The position numbers and the translations under genes are program-made. Shown piece by piece: positions 13,086-26,844 of a DNA stretch of 64,000 bases. The DNA is from Eledone cirrhosa. Its lineage: Eukaryota. Each line of letters begins with the position of its first letter. Within the stretch, counting starts at the first letter, position 1. The stretch is from contig OZ024754.1 in the NCBI GenBank assembly GCA_964016885.1, positions 11,904,001-11,968,000 of the forward strand, in the 5' to 3' direction. The notes beneath the pieces were generated by a model. It saw only the letters and a program-made list of their open reading frames with translations. It was not told the origin of the DNA and searched no databases.

Positions 13086-13150
13086 CTGAATCACCATCGT
13101 AACTACAAACTACGAATGTTGCTCCTTTTTACCAAAACAACCACTTTGGA

Positions 13151-13226
<76 letters not shown>

Positions 13227-13523
13227 TGAAACAAAATGAAAACGAAATTTCATTTCTCACTCTTAGTATGGCACTTACTTAAATGTAAGTATGCATGTAT
13301 ACGTACATACATATATGTATACAGACGTACAGTAGCATGCACATATATATATATATATACACATATATATACATATGCATACAGGTACACATACATATAT
13401 GCACGTATCAGTTTAGCGGCGCTAACGTCGCTTTGTTCGTTTGTAAACAAACTGAACAGCCTGAATTTATGCCATACGGTGTTAAGGCAACCACGTCACC
13501 TTTTTGTTCAACACTGACACAGG

Positions 13524-13568
13524 AACGATGTACTAGTTTCAAGCTTGTTAGCTATCATCAGCACCGTT
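13524..13568 (-). ncRNA. Minimal type-I hammerhead ribozyme
   Basis: Minus strand: AACGGTG-CTGATGA-T-AGCT aaca AGCT-T-GAAA-CTAG-TA-CATCGTT; 7-bp stem I, palindromic ACTAGT stem III, GUA site. Confidence 0.9.
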
Positions 13569-13989
13569 TACCCATCTGCCAGATAGTTGAACGTTCGAAA
13601 GTATATACTTTCCTTATGAAAATTAACGGCTGAGCAGCCTAATTTGCATATTGAGTGAGTTAAATCGGTCAGGCATACCGAAAACGATAAATTGAAACAA
13701 AATGAAAACGAAATTTCATTTCTCACTCTTAGTATGGCACTTACTTAAATGTAAGTATGCATGTATACGTACATACATATATGTATACAGACGTACAGTA
13801 GCATGCACATATATATATATATATACACATATATATACATATGCATACAGGTACACATACATATATGCACGTATCAGTTTAGCGGCGCTAACGTCGCTTT
13901 GTTCGTTTGTAAACAAACTGAACAGCCTGAATTTATGCCATACGGTGTTAAGGCAACCACGTCACCTTTTTGTTCAACACTGACACAGG

Positions 13990-14034
13990 AACGATGTACT
14001 AGTTTCAAGCTTGTTAGCTATCATCAGCACCGTT
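13990..14034 (-). ncRNA. Minimal type-I hammerhead ribozyme (second copy)
   Basis: Identical to 13524-13568, exactly 466 nt away. Confidence 0.9.
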
Positions 14035-14403
14035 TACCCATCTGCCAGATAGTTGAACGTTCGAAAGTATATACTTTCCTTATGAAAATTAACGGCTGAG
14101 CAGCCTAATTTGCATATTGAGTGAGTTAAATCGGTCAGGCATACCGAAAACGATAAATTGAAACAAAATGAAAACGAAATTTCATTTCTCACTCTTAGTA
14201 TGGCACTTACTTAAATGTAAGTATGCATGTATACGTACATACATATATGTATACAGACGTACAGTAGCATGCACATATATATATATATATACACATATAT
14301 ATACATATGCATACAGGTACACATACATATATGCACGTATCAGTTTAGCGGCGCTAACGTCGCTTTGTTCGTTTGTAAACAAACTTGTGCTTTCAACAAA
14401 TTT

Positions 14404-14617
14404 ACTTGTGCTTTCAACAAATTTATTTTCTTCACAAAATCCAAAAAGAATTTTTTTCCAGATTAGAAAAAATTTTTTTCCTTAGAAAAAATTATTTTAT
14501 AAAAACCAACAACTTAATTTATAAAATAATTTTTTCTAAGGAAAAAAATTTTTTCTAATCCGGAAAAAAATTCTTTTTGGATTTTGTGAAGAAAATAAAT
14601 TTGTTGAAAGCACAAGT
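14404..14617. repeat. A/T-rich fold-back, about 100-bp arms, abutting the 466-bp array
   Basis: ACTTGTGCTTTCAACAAATTT...AAATTTGTTGAAAGCACAAGT; 21-bp duplication at the left junction. Confidence 0.9.
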
Positions 14618-14643
14618 GAAGCCATTTTTTCTTCCCCCCTGTC

Positions 14644-14674
<31 letters not shown>

Positions 14675-15541
14675 CTACCAAAAGTTTACGGTAGTGTCCA
14701 TAAATATTGTACATAGATCTATAGAATATGCATACCAACTCTAACACATATATATCCTAGAAACGATCGTAAAATAATGAATTTTTCTAATATAAGGAAC
14801 TGTTTCTTTGTTTATTCATTATTTTTTAAATATTTTATATATATATATATATATATACATACACACACAAGTGGAAGCTTAGTAAAATCGAAGACCAAGC
14901 AAAGTCGACCTACAATAAGGAATGAGTAGCAAAGCACTCAATAAGGTCCTTAGAGTAATAACATACATTTAAATAGCTTGACAAATTGAAAATTGCGGTA
15001 GGCAAAACCCAACCATACAATACCAAAACAACGAAAGAACTAATCAGGTTAAAAACAGACCTGGACAGATTGGACAATATTCTGCAATACATCTGGTATG
15101 TTTCTATGAACCCGAAATCATCTATCCAACTTACGTAACACATAAGCTTGTGGTATTCCATGATCGAACAGGGGATTCATTTCATCAGCAGGCATTCCAT
15201 TCTATTGCCTCAAACTGGTGTGAGCAAACTAAATGCGACTGCCACAATAGACAGCCTTCAAACATTTCGTTGTCACGTGTTATTTCCAACAAGGGAAGCA
15301 ACCCTCCGGTTTTTAGCGGGTAAATTCAAAGTGTTAACAAAGGAAAAAATATTTCCGCTCAACATTCCGAATAAAAGCTCTCGACCACATGTTATTAAAC
15401 AAAAACAAACACACACACACATATAGATACATATATATATATATAATCATATTATATGTAATTCAGTACAGTAGCATTTTTAGTCTGGTCTTGTAAAGAT
15501 CCTAAACAGAAGATCAATTTGTTTTATATTTTGAACTCAAG

Positions 15542-15683
15542 ACATTTATGGATGTGCATCTTCAATCAAAATGAATCCCGGTGATGCTAAGTCTAAGCCA
15601 CAGTTTGGAGTCTCACTTTACTACTGTATTCGCTACTGCAAGATTCATGACTTCAAATTTGCTATTTTTAATGAATCTTCCAG
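15542..15683 (+). CDS. WSC-domain membrane protein, exon (WSC2 N-half)
   Basis: IYGCASSIKMNPGDAKSKPQFGVSLYYCIRYCKIHDFKFAIFNESS; gtaagt donor; phase 1 to 2. Confidence 0.8.
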
Positions 15684-16865
15684 GTAAGTTGGGCTTCACA
15701 TGTAATTATTCAAGTATCTTTTACTTTTCTACAGCCACCACATCTCAACTGACATAGTTTTTATCTTAGCCCTAAGTCTTAGGTCTTCCTGTATCTTAAG
15801 GTGCACATGGTTGAAGCTCCCACCAGCATGGTCAATATGCTATGATTCTCTTTACACTTGTCCAACCAATTCCTGTTGTGTGTCTGAGGTCCTCAAGTAA
15901 TGTTCGCCACTAGATGTTATTGGTTGGTCATAGCTTGTTCCCAAGCATAAAGGAGGAGGGTTAGGCATTGGGTTAGCAATCAGGCCCTTTAAAAAAAAGC
16001 CTTAAAAACCGCCAAAGAAATAGCAAGTAAATCTCTATAAAACAAAAACAAACAAACAACAAAGACAAAAACAAAAAAAAATTATGTGTGATGGAAAAAA
16101 CAGTTGAGAACATCGAACTATGAAGAATTCTCTGCTGACATGCTTGCTAATTTAATTCTTAACCATTTTGTTACCATATTTCTAATGAATGACACTGACT
16201 ATGATTTTCAAATCATTTTGAAAATCATTCAGAATCTGGAAGGATTGAGTAAAATTACTAACTTTCTCATTATTAGCTGGTGTTTGGCCCATAACTCAAC
16301 AAAGGTTCTTACATAAAATTATACTAGAAGGGTCTCAGATAAATATATATACTTTAAAATAATTGTTTCTACTTTAGGCACAAGGCCAACAATTACCCAG
16401 CACATTACTGGTACTTTATTTTATCGACCCCGTAAGGATGAAAGGCAAAGTTAACCTCGGCGGGATTTGAACTCAGATCATAAAGGGACGTAACTCTATG
16501 CTAGAAAGCATGGCGTCCAATCCTCTACCGATACTGCCAATCAACCACCCTATATATACTTTAAAATAATAGTTTTGAATCATAGAACCAGAGTCAATTT
16601 CAGGCAGTTTTGTGGCAATTGCCATAGGTTACAATGAAGCTAAGGTGCTGGAATAATCAAGGTCCCTCTTGAACATCACCTTATATGTTGGTAAAGGTGG
16701 CACGACCTGACTCTGTCCACAACGATAAGCTCATGACCTCACCCCCCACCAACACTGACAAAATCTTCATGGTAAGTGGCCCAGCTATCCTGAACATATC
16801 GAATAGCACAAGCAGTAAAAAATATTTTGCCAATAACCTTGTCAAATTATAATCTTTTTCTTCAG

Positions 16866-16960
16866 ATTGTGCTCTTGCATATCATCCAGCAACAATCTGG
16901 TAAATTGTAAAAATACCTCCCATGATGCCAATGTTTACAAGACAAAGATTGATGACAATG
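16866..16960 (+). CDS. WSC-domain membrane protein, exon (short WSC2 C-half)
   Basis: ttcttcag acceptor; LCSCISSSNNLVNCKNTSHDANVYKTKIDDN; phase 2 to 1. Confidence 0.75.
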
Positions 16961-17054
16961 GTATAGTAAGAGATTTAGATTCTTATCTTTATTGTTTCTA
17001 TCTAATTATTGTTTTAGACCGTTTCTTCTGAGGAAACAGCAGAGTCATTATTCT

Positions 17055-17700
17055 ATCATCATCATCATCATCATCATTTTATGTTTGCTTTTCCTTGCTT
17101 GCAAGGGTGGGATGGGTCCACTTCAGCACAGCATCTCTCCATTCGTCATGGTCTCTTGTCATCTCCTCTGTGAGCTTCAGCTATCTGAGGTCAGCTCTCA
17201 CCACCTCCACCCATGTTTTTCGTAGTCTTCCTCTACTGCATCTTCCTTCCACTGGGATTTCTTGGCACTTCTTCACCCAACAGTCATCCTCCATGCACAT
17301 CACATGGCTATACCAACACAGTCTTCTCTCCCGCACACTACAGTTTATCGCTCTTATACACAGTTTCTCTCTCAAATCGTCTATGCTTGGTCATTCAGGC
17401 ACATTGACATTGGTCATCCATCGGAGCATGCTTGCTTCATTTCTCTCCAGCCTTCGTTTATCCTCCGCAGTTGCAGCCCATGTCTCACTACCATGCAGCA
17501 TTGCACATCTCACGTTGTCAACAGAGAGGAAGTATCTCCCTAAACTTCTTCCATCCTGTCCTTATTCTAGATACTATGGCCTTGGAGCATCGTCATACCT
17601 TGCTGATCTGATCACCTAGGTATCGGAAGCCATCAACCTCCTCTATAGATCCTACTTGTGTTTTAAAAATGTGCCTATCGCTGACACTTCTGCTATCAAT
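17055..17700 (-). mobile_element. RTE LINE 3' fragment, degenerate
   Basis: REKLCIRAINCSVRERRLCWYSHV..GRLRKTW; (CAT)n tail on the + strand; similar to 29700-30270. Confidence 0.85.
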
Positions 17701-17779
17701 TTTACTTGAATATTTTCATCTATTAAATACCTCCAATATTTTCATCTATTAAATACCTCCAATATTTTCATCTTTGTAG

Positions 17780-17906
17780 TTGATGTTGGTTGTTTTTCAA
17801 TCAATTCTGTCTCTATTAGAAAACAGAAGGAGATTACTGATATCATATACCTCACAGACTGCGCACTTTACTGTCGTAAATATAAATATTATGGATATTC
17901 TGTCAA
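17780..17906 (+). CDS. WSC-domain membrane protein, exon (WSC3 N-half)
   Basis: ctttgtag acceptor, gtaag donor; DVGCFSINSVSIRKQKEITDIIYLTDCALYCRKYKYYGYSV; phase 1 to 2. Confidence 0.85.
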
Positions 17907-18100
17907 GTAAGGAAACAATATTAATATTATTATATTTACTTGATATTATTTTTGGTGAGTGGGGGATTGGCAGTGTGCTTTGTGCCATATAGCTACATCC
18001 ATTTTTGTTGTCACTTATTTAAAAGCATTTTCAGGAGTTAGATGTGTTTACATTTATGAAACCACTGGCAATGCACAAATGAGACAAACTGTTAATGTAA

Positions 18101-18196
<96 letters not shown>

Positions 18197-18370
18197 GTGG
18201 TTACACAACAGTTAGTTCACCATACCGAGAACAATTGTTTATAAGGTATCTATTTTTGAAGTTCTGGTTAACTTTATTTAGTTACCTACCTAGCTATGTG
18301 TGCTTACACACTTGTAAAAATTATCTCCTGTGATTATTCATGTTTATTTATATGTTAATCAATTTCTAGT

Positions 18371-18452
<82 letters not shown>

Positions 18453-18761
18453 AAATGATAGTAAGAGAATACACAACCAAATTCTTGAAAAAATATTTAT
18501 TGGTTTACAATTGTTTCAAAGGCCAGACCATAATTCGATCCATAAAAATAAAACCTATCAATTTTTGAATCAATAGGTCCATTTTCTTGGTTACTTTCAA
18601 TGTTCACTTGTCCTGCACTTAATACGCATTGAGCAGACTGTCCTCTTCACTACAGACTTATAATTCTCACCAATAATCTCTAATCTCTCCTTGATATATA
18701 TATATATATATATATATGAGAGTATTGAAGTTTGCTTGAAGCATTGTGGAACAATAAGTAA

Positions 18762-19439
18762 ATATCTTTAAGTCGTTTGGAAGCCTCGACAATGCAAATG
18801 GGTAAATCTCCGGGTAACAAGGTCCGGTGGTGGAGAGAGAGATGTAAGTGGGTGTACGTTGAGATGCGTGGTGTGTATAAGATGTGTGAGATGTGTAGAA
18901 TGAAGGGAAGAGTATAAAGGATAAAAATAAAAATAACAACACAAGAGAGAGTTACCTTTGGAGAGATTTAATAGTCCCTATATATTTCGGATTCACATCC
19001 ATCAACTGGGGTTTTTTTCCGGGGTGGGGGAAAAGGTTGTCTGTCGGACAAGTCCGGAACGCGTCCTTCGCTGTTTGTTGTTTTGAATATCTCAATATTC
19101 AAAATATCTCGATATTCAAAACAACAAACAGCGAAAGACGCGTTCCAGACTTGTCCGACAGACAACCTTTTCCTCCACCCCGGAAAAAACCCCAGTTGAT
19201 GGATGTGAATCCGAAATATATAGGGACTATTAAATCTCTCCCAAGGTAACTCTCTCTTGTGTTGTTATTTTTATTTTTATCCTTTATACTCTTCCCTTCA
19301 TTCTACACATCTCAAACATCTTATACACACCACGCATCTCAACGTACACCCACTTACATCTCTCTCTCCACCACCGGACCTTGTTACCCGGAGATTTACC
19401 CATTTGCATTGTCGAGGCTTCCAAATGACTTAAAGATAT
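18762..19439. repeat. Near-perfect about 680-bp palindrome (about 330-bp arms) with hammerhead-like motif
   Basis: Arms are reverse complements with only a few mismatches; centre about 19095-19105. Confidence 0.95.
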
Positions 19440-19495
19440 ATATATATATATCAAAGGAGAGATTAGATATATATATATATATATCTAATCTCTCC

Positions 19496-19537
<42 letters not shown>

Positions 19538-19604
19538 AAGGAGAGATTAGATTAGATATATATATATATATCTAATCTCTCCTTTGATATATATATATAT
19601 ATAT

Positions 19605-19949
19605 TTATGTAATAAACAACATAAGGCAATTATATCATTTACCAGTGGTTTCTTAAAAGCAAAAAATTTTGCTTTCAATCATCAGAATGAAAAAATCCTG
19701 GTGTATTTATTTTAAAAACAAAAATGCAATCTATATGAAAGTGAGGCATATAGATTTTTGTTTTTAAAATCCAACGTCAATAAATACACCAGGATTTTTT
19801 CATTCTGATGATTTAAAGCAACATTTTTTGCTTTTAAGAAACCACTGGTAAATGGAATAATTGCCTTATGTTGTTTATGACATAACTATTAAGCTCTGTT
19901 ACCTACATAGAGCACTCTTTTTTCCTGGACTTTTCCGACGCAATTACTT

Positions 19950-19950
<1 letters not shown>
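19605..19950 (+). mobile_element. Hammerhead-bearing fold-back element, same family as 12061-12335
   Basis: Inverted arms spanning 19605-19885; (TA)n flanks. Confidence 0.75.
19799..19856 (+). ncRNA. Type-I hammerhead ribozyme motif (inverted copy at 19635-19690, minus strand)
   Basis: ttcatt-CTGATGA-tttaaagcaa cattttt tgcttttaa-GAAA-CCACTGG-TA-aatgga. Confidence 0.8.
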
Positions 19951-19992
<42 letters not shown>

Positions 19993-20529
19993 CACATATA
20001 TATATAACACACACACATATATATAAATTAATAGTATATGATGGCTGCAAAACTCTTGTCAGATTATAGAGTTTGGTCCACTTTTAGGCTACGGCCAGCC
20101 AAACGAACCTGTAACGTATCCTGAACAAGCAATGCCTGTGTTTTGAAGGTTTTTTAAGTGGGGAAAGGCCTTGCACTCGACCAATCCCACTCTCTGAGCA
20201 TCGAAAACACTACCTGAAAAGGAAAACTGGTCAACATCATCGGATGCTTCCGAAGCTGCAGGTTTTATTTTCAGAGTTTCCCTTTCCTAGAAAGGTGTTG
20301 TGACAACAACTGAGGGCCTTTCACTCCCAGGTGAAAAAAAAAAAAAAAAAAAAAAAACTATTTGGATGGCCGTTGACTCTGCTGAGTTCCTCTGCCCTTT
20401 GACGGGTCTTGTATTTCATCCCGCAAGATGTCCAAATATCACCCTCCTCACCAAGCAAGCTTGGTGCGGTTGCCAGTTTAATCTCCAACTATGAGACAGG
20501 TTGTAATAGTATATAAATATATATATATA

Positions 20530-20817
20530 AACTCAGAGCTGTATGGGAGCATCCCAAAAGTCAGCTCAAAAGTGACACAGAGGAGACTGAGGTTGGCTGG
20601 ACATGCTCACCGACATCCAGAGTTGACATTGCACTCAGTGCTTCTTTGGGAGCCCCTACATGGACACACTAGAAGAGGAAGACCAAGGTTAACATATGTT
20701 GATGCCCTAAGGACAGACACTGGTCTGTTGGAGATGCAGGATATGGCAGCGATAATGAGGGACAGAGACCGCTGGACAGAACTCGTCCATGGATCTCGGG
20801 AATTTTACCCGCCTTAG
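20530..20817 (+). mobile_element. LINE 3' end (RTE-like C-terminus), second family
   Basis: QRRLRLAGHAHRHPELTLHSVLLWEP..RRGRPRLTYVD; copies at 34771-34910 (-) and 42029-42190 (-). Confidence 0.8.
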
Positions 20818-21100
20818 ATACACACACACATATATATACATACGTACATATATATAAGCACACATATAAATTAGTAGATAGTTTAAACATACACAAACAC
20901 ATACATATATCTATATATATATATAGACATACACACAAGCATATATGTGTATGTATTTATACCTCCTATATATATGTATATATAATAATAAGGGTTGACG
21001 GACCCAGCATATTTATCAATGCCAGTACCGGTTGTATTTCAGCGCACTCAATGGGCAATGTAAGATACATTACCGAGTATATACATATATATGTATACAT

Positions 21101-21154
<54 letters not shown>

Positions 21155-21348
21155 GATAAATCTACCAAGAGTTTACGGTAGTGTCCAATCCGTATGAAGA
21201 ACTCAATGTATTCCGGATATCATGGAAAGAAGAGATGTAATGAAAAATCACTTTCGGTGAAAGATAAACGGTATACAGAGTCAAGATAAAATATTAAACA
21301 AATAATGAATAAAACAATGAAACAGTTCCTTATATTAAACAAAAAAAG

Positions 21349-21502
21349 TTCATTATTTAACGATCGTTTCTAGGATATATATGTGTTAGAATTGGTATGC
21401 ATATTCAACAGATCTATGTACAAAATTATACAGAATTATACAAACTATCAAGATTAAATATACATACCAACACATATATACGCCGTCTTCAGAAATAATG
21501 AA
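21349..21502 (-). ncRNA. Type-I hammerhead motif with long stem II (left arm)
   Basis: Reverse complement of 26691-26844. Confidence 0.75.
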
Positions 21503-22115
21503 ATATATTTATTGATAATAACAACAATTCAAAATTTCAGGTCCGTTTGGGAACAAAATTGACCAATGAAAATACAAAAGGTTTTATGCAGTTCGGTGTG
21601 TGTATATACATGTAACTACCCTTACACATATTTTACAAAAATGTATGCTCAACATGTATACGCATACCAAAAGGATGGATGCAAATACAAAATTTCAAGG
21701 TTAATGTCTCTGTAATTTTATAATGCACAGATAAGATGCGTATAGACACATAAATATGAAATAAGTGTATACACATATTCTCATACTCACACATATCCGT
21801 ACAATCACACACACGCGCGCGTATATGCATAAACATACACATAATTACGAACATACAAACACACACACACACCCCCACTCACATATATATATATATGTGG
21901 ATATCATAAGCACATGGATATTAATTCACTCACATAAACACTGCCACACACATTTAGATCAAGATACAGAAATTAGGTGGGAGGGGGGGGAGAGGTCAGT
22001 ATTCAACGGTTTGGGCAGACTGCTTATTATAGATGTATCTATAAACTAAGAAAATAAAAAATAAAAATTAAAAAGGAAAGAAAAGAAAAAGAAAAGAAAA
22101 AAGAAATATATCAAG

Positions 22116-22202
<87 letters not shown>

Positions 22203-22305
22203 ACACACATACATATACACACATCCACACTTAGAACATACATACACACACATATATAAACATATACATATACACACATACACACATATACACACATACA
22301 TATAA

Positions 22306-22342
<37 letters not shown>

Positions 22343-22657
22343 CACACACATATATACACATATAATCACACATACTATATAGACACACATATATACACAC
22401 ATACACGCACATATACATACACATACATACTTATATACATACAGATATACACATACATACCTATATATACACACAAATACATACAGACATACATACATAC
22501 ATACACACAAATACTTACGCATCCATATATCGGTATATACATACAAACACCATTACACTCTCACACAACTCAGACATACAAAGAAAAAGGTATATACCTA
22601 TACACATATACATATACAAATAGAGATACATATACATATATATATATACATATATAT

Positions 22658-22698
<41 letters not shown>

Positions 22699-22888
22699 CA
22701 CATATACACACATATACATACATACACATACATACATGTACACACACATACATATACATACATACACACATACACACATACATATATAGTCATACACACA
22801 CATACACCTACACGAACATACACATACACATATATAAAGATATATATACACACACACACATACACACACACACATATATATAAAATAA

Positions 22889-22929
<41 letters not shown>

Positions 22930-23260
22930 CATATACATACACACATACATAGACATATATGTACATACATAGACATACATACATACATATACACACATAT
23001 ATACATATATATACACACATAGACACATACATACATACACACACAACATACATACACACACATATATACTCATACATAGAATTAGATATATATTCATACA
23101 TACATACGCACTTACATATACTCATATATACAAATACATACGCATCCATATATGCGTATATACATACAAACACCACTACACCCTCACACAACTCAGACAT
23201 ACAAAGAAAAAGGCATATACATATACATATATACACACATTAATAGAGATATATATACAC

Positions 23261-23291
<31 letters not shown>

Positions 23292-23382
23292 CATTTATAT
23301 ATATACACACCCACACACACATACAACCATAAACACACATACAAACACACACATACACATATATATACACATACATATATAT

Positions 23383-23414
<32 letters not shown>

Positions 23415-23520
23415 AACAGACATACACATATATATTTTTTTACACATATATATACACATATATATACATATACACACCCTCACATATACACACATACACA
23501 TAAGTTATAATATAATAATA

Positions 23521-23567
<47 letters not shown>

Positions 23568-23804
23568 CGAATATAGACATATATACACACATAGATATAC
23601 ATATATATATACATATACACACACACACACACACTCACATATATATGTGCGCACACGTACATATATACACATACACACATATACACGTAAACACATACAT
23701 GTGCATACATGCACATACACACATATACCCACATAGATACGAAGATAGACATATAAATAGAGAGACATACATATATATACACACACATATATACATACAT
23801 ACAT

Positions 23805-23859
<55 letters not shown>

Positions 23860-24684
23860 CACACATACACGCCCACGCACATATACACATATACATATAT
23901 ATATACATACACACATACACATACACATATATATACACATGCATATATACACATATATATATACATACACACATATATATACACACAATCTTACATTCTT
24001 ATTTGCATGCGCATATATGTATTTTTATATTCAGATATAAATACCCAAACATATATACACCTACCTACATATATATTCATACATACACGCTTACAAACAC
24101 AGATGATAATAGTATGGGGGAAAGGGGGGGGTTGGAGAAGGGGATTATAGTAAATATATGTTTCAAGAAACATAGAATATTATCTGTATCTGGATCCAAT
24201 GTATGTTTTTACATAGTTTCAGTGTTAGGAAATACGAGAAATAAGGCAAAATTTATGCATTTCAAAATAAATAAGTATACCATTAATTATATGTTAACTA
24301 AACTAAAGATAGTTAACATATTGATTTCTAAGGTGTAAATTAGTTAGGTTTATAATATTTGAAGCAGAATTTTGAAGTTAAATAGTAGTAGAGTATTAAT
24401 TATAGTATAACTAAATTAAAGTTAATAACGTTATGGTATCAATATTAGGAAATGAATTTAGTAATAGGGAAAAAACAAATAAAGTATTACATCGGTAGTA
24501 GAATATAAATTATAGGTTAACTAAATTAAAAATTATTTATTAATTTCTATAGTATATGTTAATTAGGTATATAATAAATAAAACAGATATTGTATTTTAT
24601 CAATAGCAGAATATAATTATATGCAAATAGAAATCAAAATTAATACATATACATATACATATACATACACATATATATATATAC

Positions 24685-24726
<42 letters not shown>

Positions 24727-25507
24727 ACACACATACACATACATATACATACATACATATACATATTTTTTCAAAAATTGCAAAGAATATATTAACTAGG
24801 TATACATCCAAAACACATCCCATTCTATGATTACATGACATTCTGCAATCCGTCTGTATAAGGATACTAATTTTAAGCCAATTAAATTAAATTTTAGGTT
24901 GACTAAATTTAAAACCAAATTATAAATATATTTCTAAAATGTATATTAATTAGGTCTATAATACTAAAAATTATTACTCTGTCATTGGATACACGATATT
25001 TTGTTATATTTTAACTGTAAAGGAATTTTAATAAAAGGTTTAAATAAATTAAAATTAATCTATAAATTAAATTACTAAGTATATATTAGTAATATTTAAA
25101 GGTTTTTCACAATTTATGATTACACAATATTTTATATTCTCATCTGTAATAGAATTTTAATTAAATTAAATTTATAGGTTAACTAACATTTAAATTAAAT
25201 TAATTTCTAAAATAATGTTATTAATTAGGTTTATAATATTTAAATGTTTTTTTTAGTTTATGATTACACGATATAATTAATTCCTGTCGTTTATTTAATA
25301 GGATATCCTTAGATTTCATTATTTCAAATAGTTCTTGGGAACATAATCTACATTCATTCTATATATCTTTATATATGTGTATGTGTATGTTCGTGTAGGT
25401 GTATGTGTGTGTATGACTATATATGTATGTGTGTATGTGTGTATGTATGTATATGTATGTGTGTGTACATGTATGTATGTGTATGTATGTATATGTGTGT
25501 ATATGTG

Positions 25508-25548
<41 letters not shown>

Positions 25549-25863
25549 ATATATATGTATATATATATATGTATATGTATCTCTATTTGTATATGTATAT
25601 GTGTATAGGTATATACCTTTTTCTTTGTATGTCTGAGTTGTGTGAGAGTGTAGTGGTGTTTGTATGTATATACCGATATATGGATGCGTAAGTATTTGTG
25701 TGTATGTATGTATGTATGTCTGTATGTATTTGTGTGTATATATAGGTATGTATGTGTATATCTGTATGTATATAAGTATGTATGTGTATGTATATGTGCG
25801 TGTATGTGTGTATATATATGTGTGTCTATATAGTATGTGTGATTATATGTGTATATATGTGTG

Positions 25864-25910
<47 letters not shown>

Positions 25911-26010
25911 GTATGTGTGTATATGTGTGTATGTGTGTATATGTATATGTTTATATATGTGTGTGTATGTATGTTCTAAGTGTGGATGTGTGTATATGTA
26001 TGTGTGTGTT

Positions 26011-26047
<37 letters not shown>

Positions 26048-26690
26048 GTATATATATATATATATATATATATTTTCTTGATATATTTCTTTTTTCTTTT
26101 CTTTTTCTTTTCTTTCCTTTTTAATTTTTATTTTTTATTTTCTTAGTTTATAGATACATCTATAATAAGCAGTCTGCCCAAACCGTTGAATACTGACCTC
26201 TCCCCCCCTCCCACCTAATTTCTGTATCTTGATCTAAATGTGTGTGGCAGTGTTTATGTGAGTGAATTAATATCCATGTGCTTATGATATCCACATATAT
26301 ATATATATATGTGAGTGGGGGTGTGTGTGTGTGTTTGTATGTTCGTAATTATGTGTATGTTTATGCATATACGCGCGCGTGTGTGTGATTGTACGGATAT
26401 GTGTGAGTATGAGAATATGTGTATACACTTATTTCATATTTATGTGTCTATACGCATCTTATCTGTGCATTATAAAATTACAGAGACATTAACCTTGAAA
26501 TTTTGTATTTGCATCCATCCTTTTGGTATGCGTATACATGTTGAGCATACATTTTTGTAAAATATGTGTAAGGGTAGTTACATGTATATACACACACCGA
26601 ACTGCATAAAACCTTTTGTATTTTCATTGGTCAATTTTGTTCCCAAACGGACCTGAAATTTTGAATTGTTGTTATTATCAATAAATATAT

Positions 26691-26844
26691 TTCATTATTT
26701 CTGAAGACGGCGTATATATGTGTTGGTATGTATATTTAATCTTGATAGTTTGTATAATTCTGTATAATTTTGTACATAGATCTGTTGAATATGCATACCA
26801 ATTCTAACACATATATATCCTAGAAACGATCGTTAAATAATGAA
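26691..26844 (+). ncRNA. Type-I hammerhead motif with long stem II (right arm)
   Basis: TTCATTATTT-CTGAAGA-[115-nt stem II, tatatatgtgttg/taacacatatata]-GAAA-CGATCG-TT-AAATAATGAA; perfect 10-bp stem I. Confidence 0.78.

Larger units (their letters stand above)
13221..14385 (-). mobile_element. Retrozyme-like tandem array: 2.5 x 466-bp apparently identical units, each full unit with a hammerhead
   Basis: Units start at 13221, 13687 and 14153; hammerheads at 13524-13568 and 13990-14034. Confidence 0.85.

Noticed and set aside
14585-14617. Hammerhead-like GTGAAGA...GAAAGCAC in the fold-back arm
   Set aside because: Core and cleavage triplet are both non-canonical
18503-18655. Degenerate hammerhead (minus strand GTGAAGA...GAAACAATTGTA)
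   Set aside because: C3G without compensation and no convincing stem I; probably a decayed relative of 48534
24000-25360. Possible NUMT or mitochondrial control region
   Set aside because: AT-rich, but no recognisable mitochondrial gene or tRNA; it lies within the inverted-arm element. Needs BLAST
22046-26146. Many YI/CV/HT-repeat ORFs
   Set aside because: Microsatellite translations
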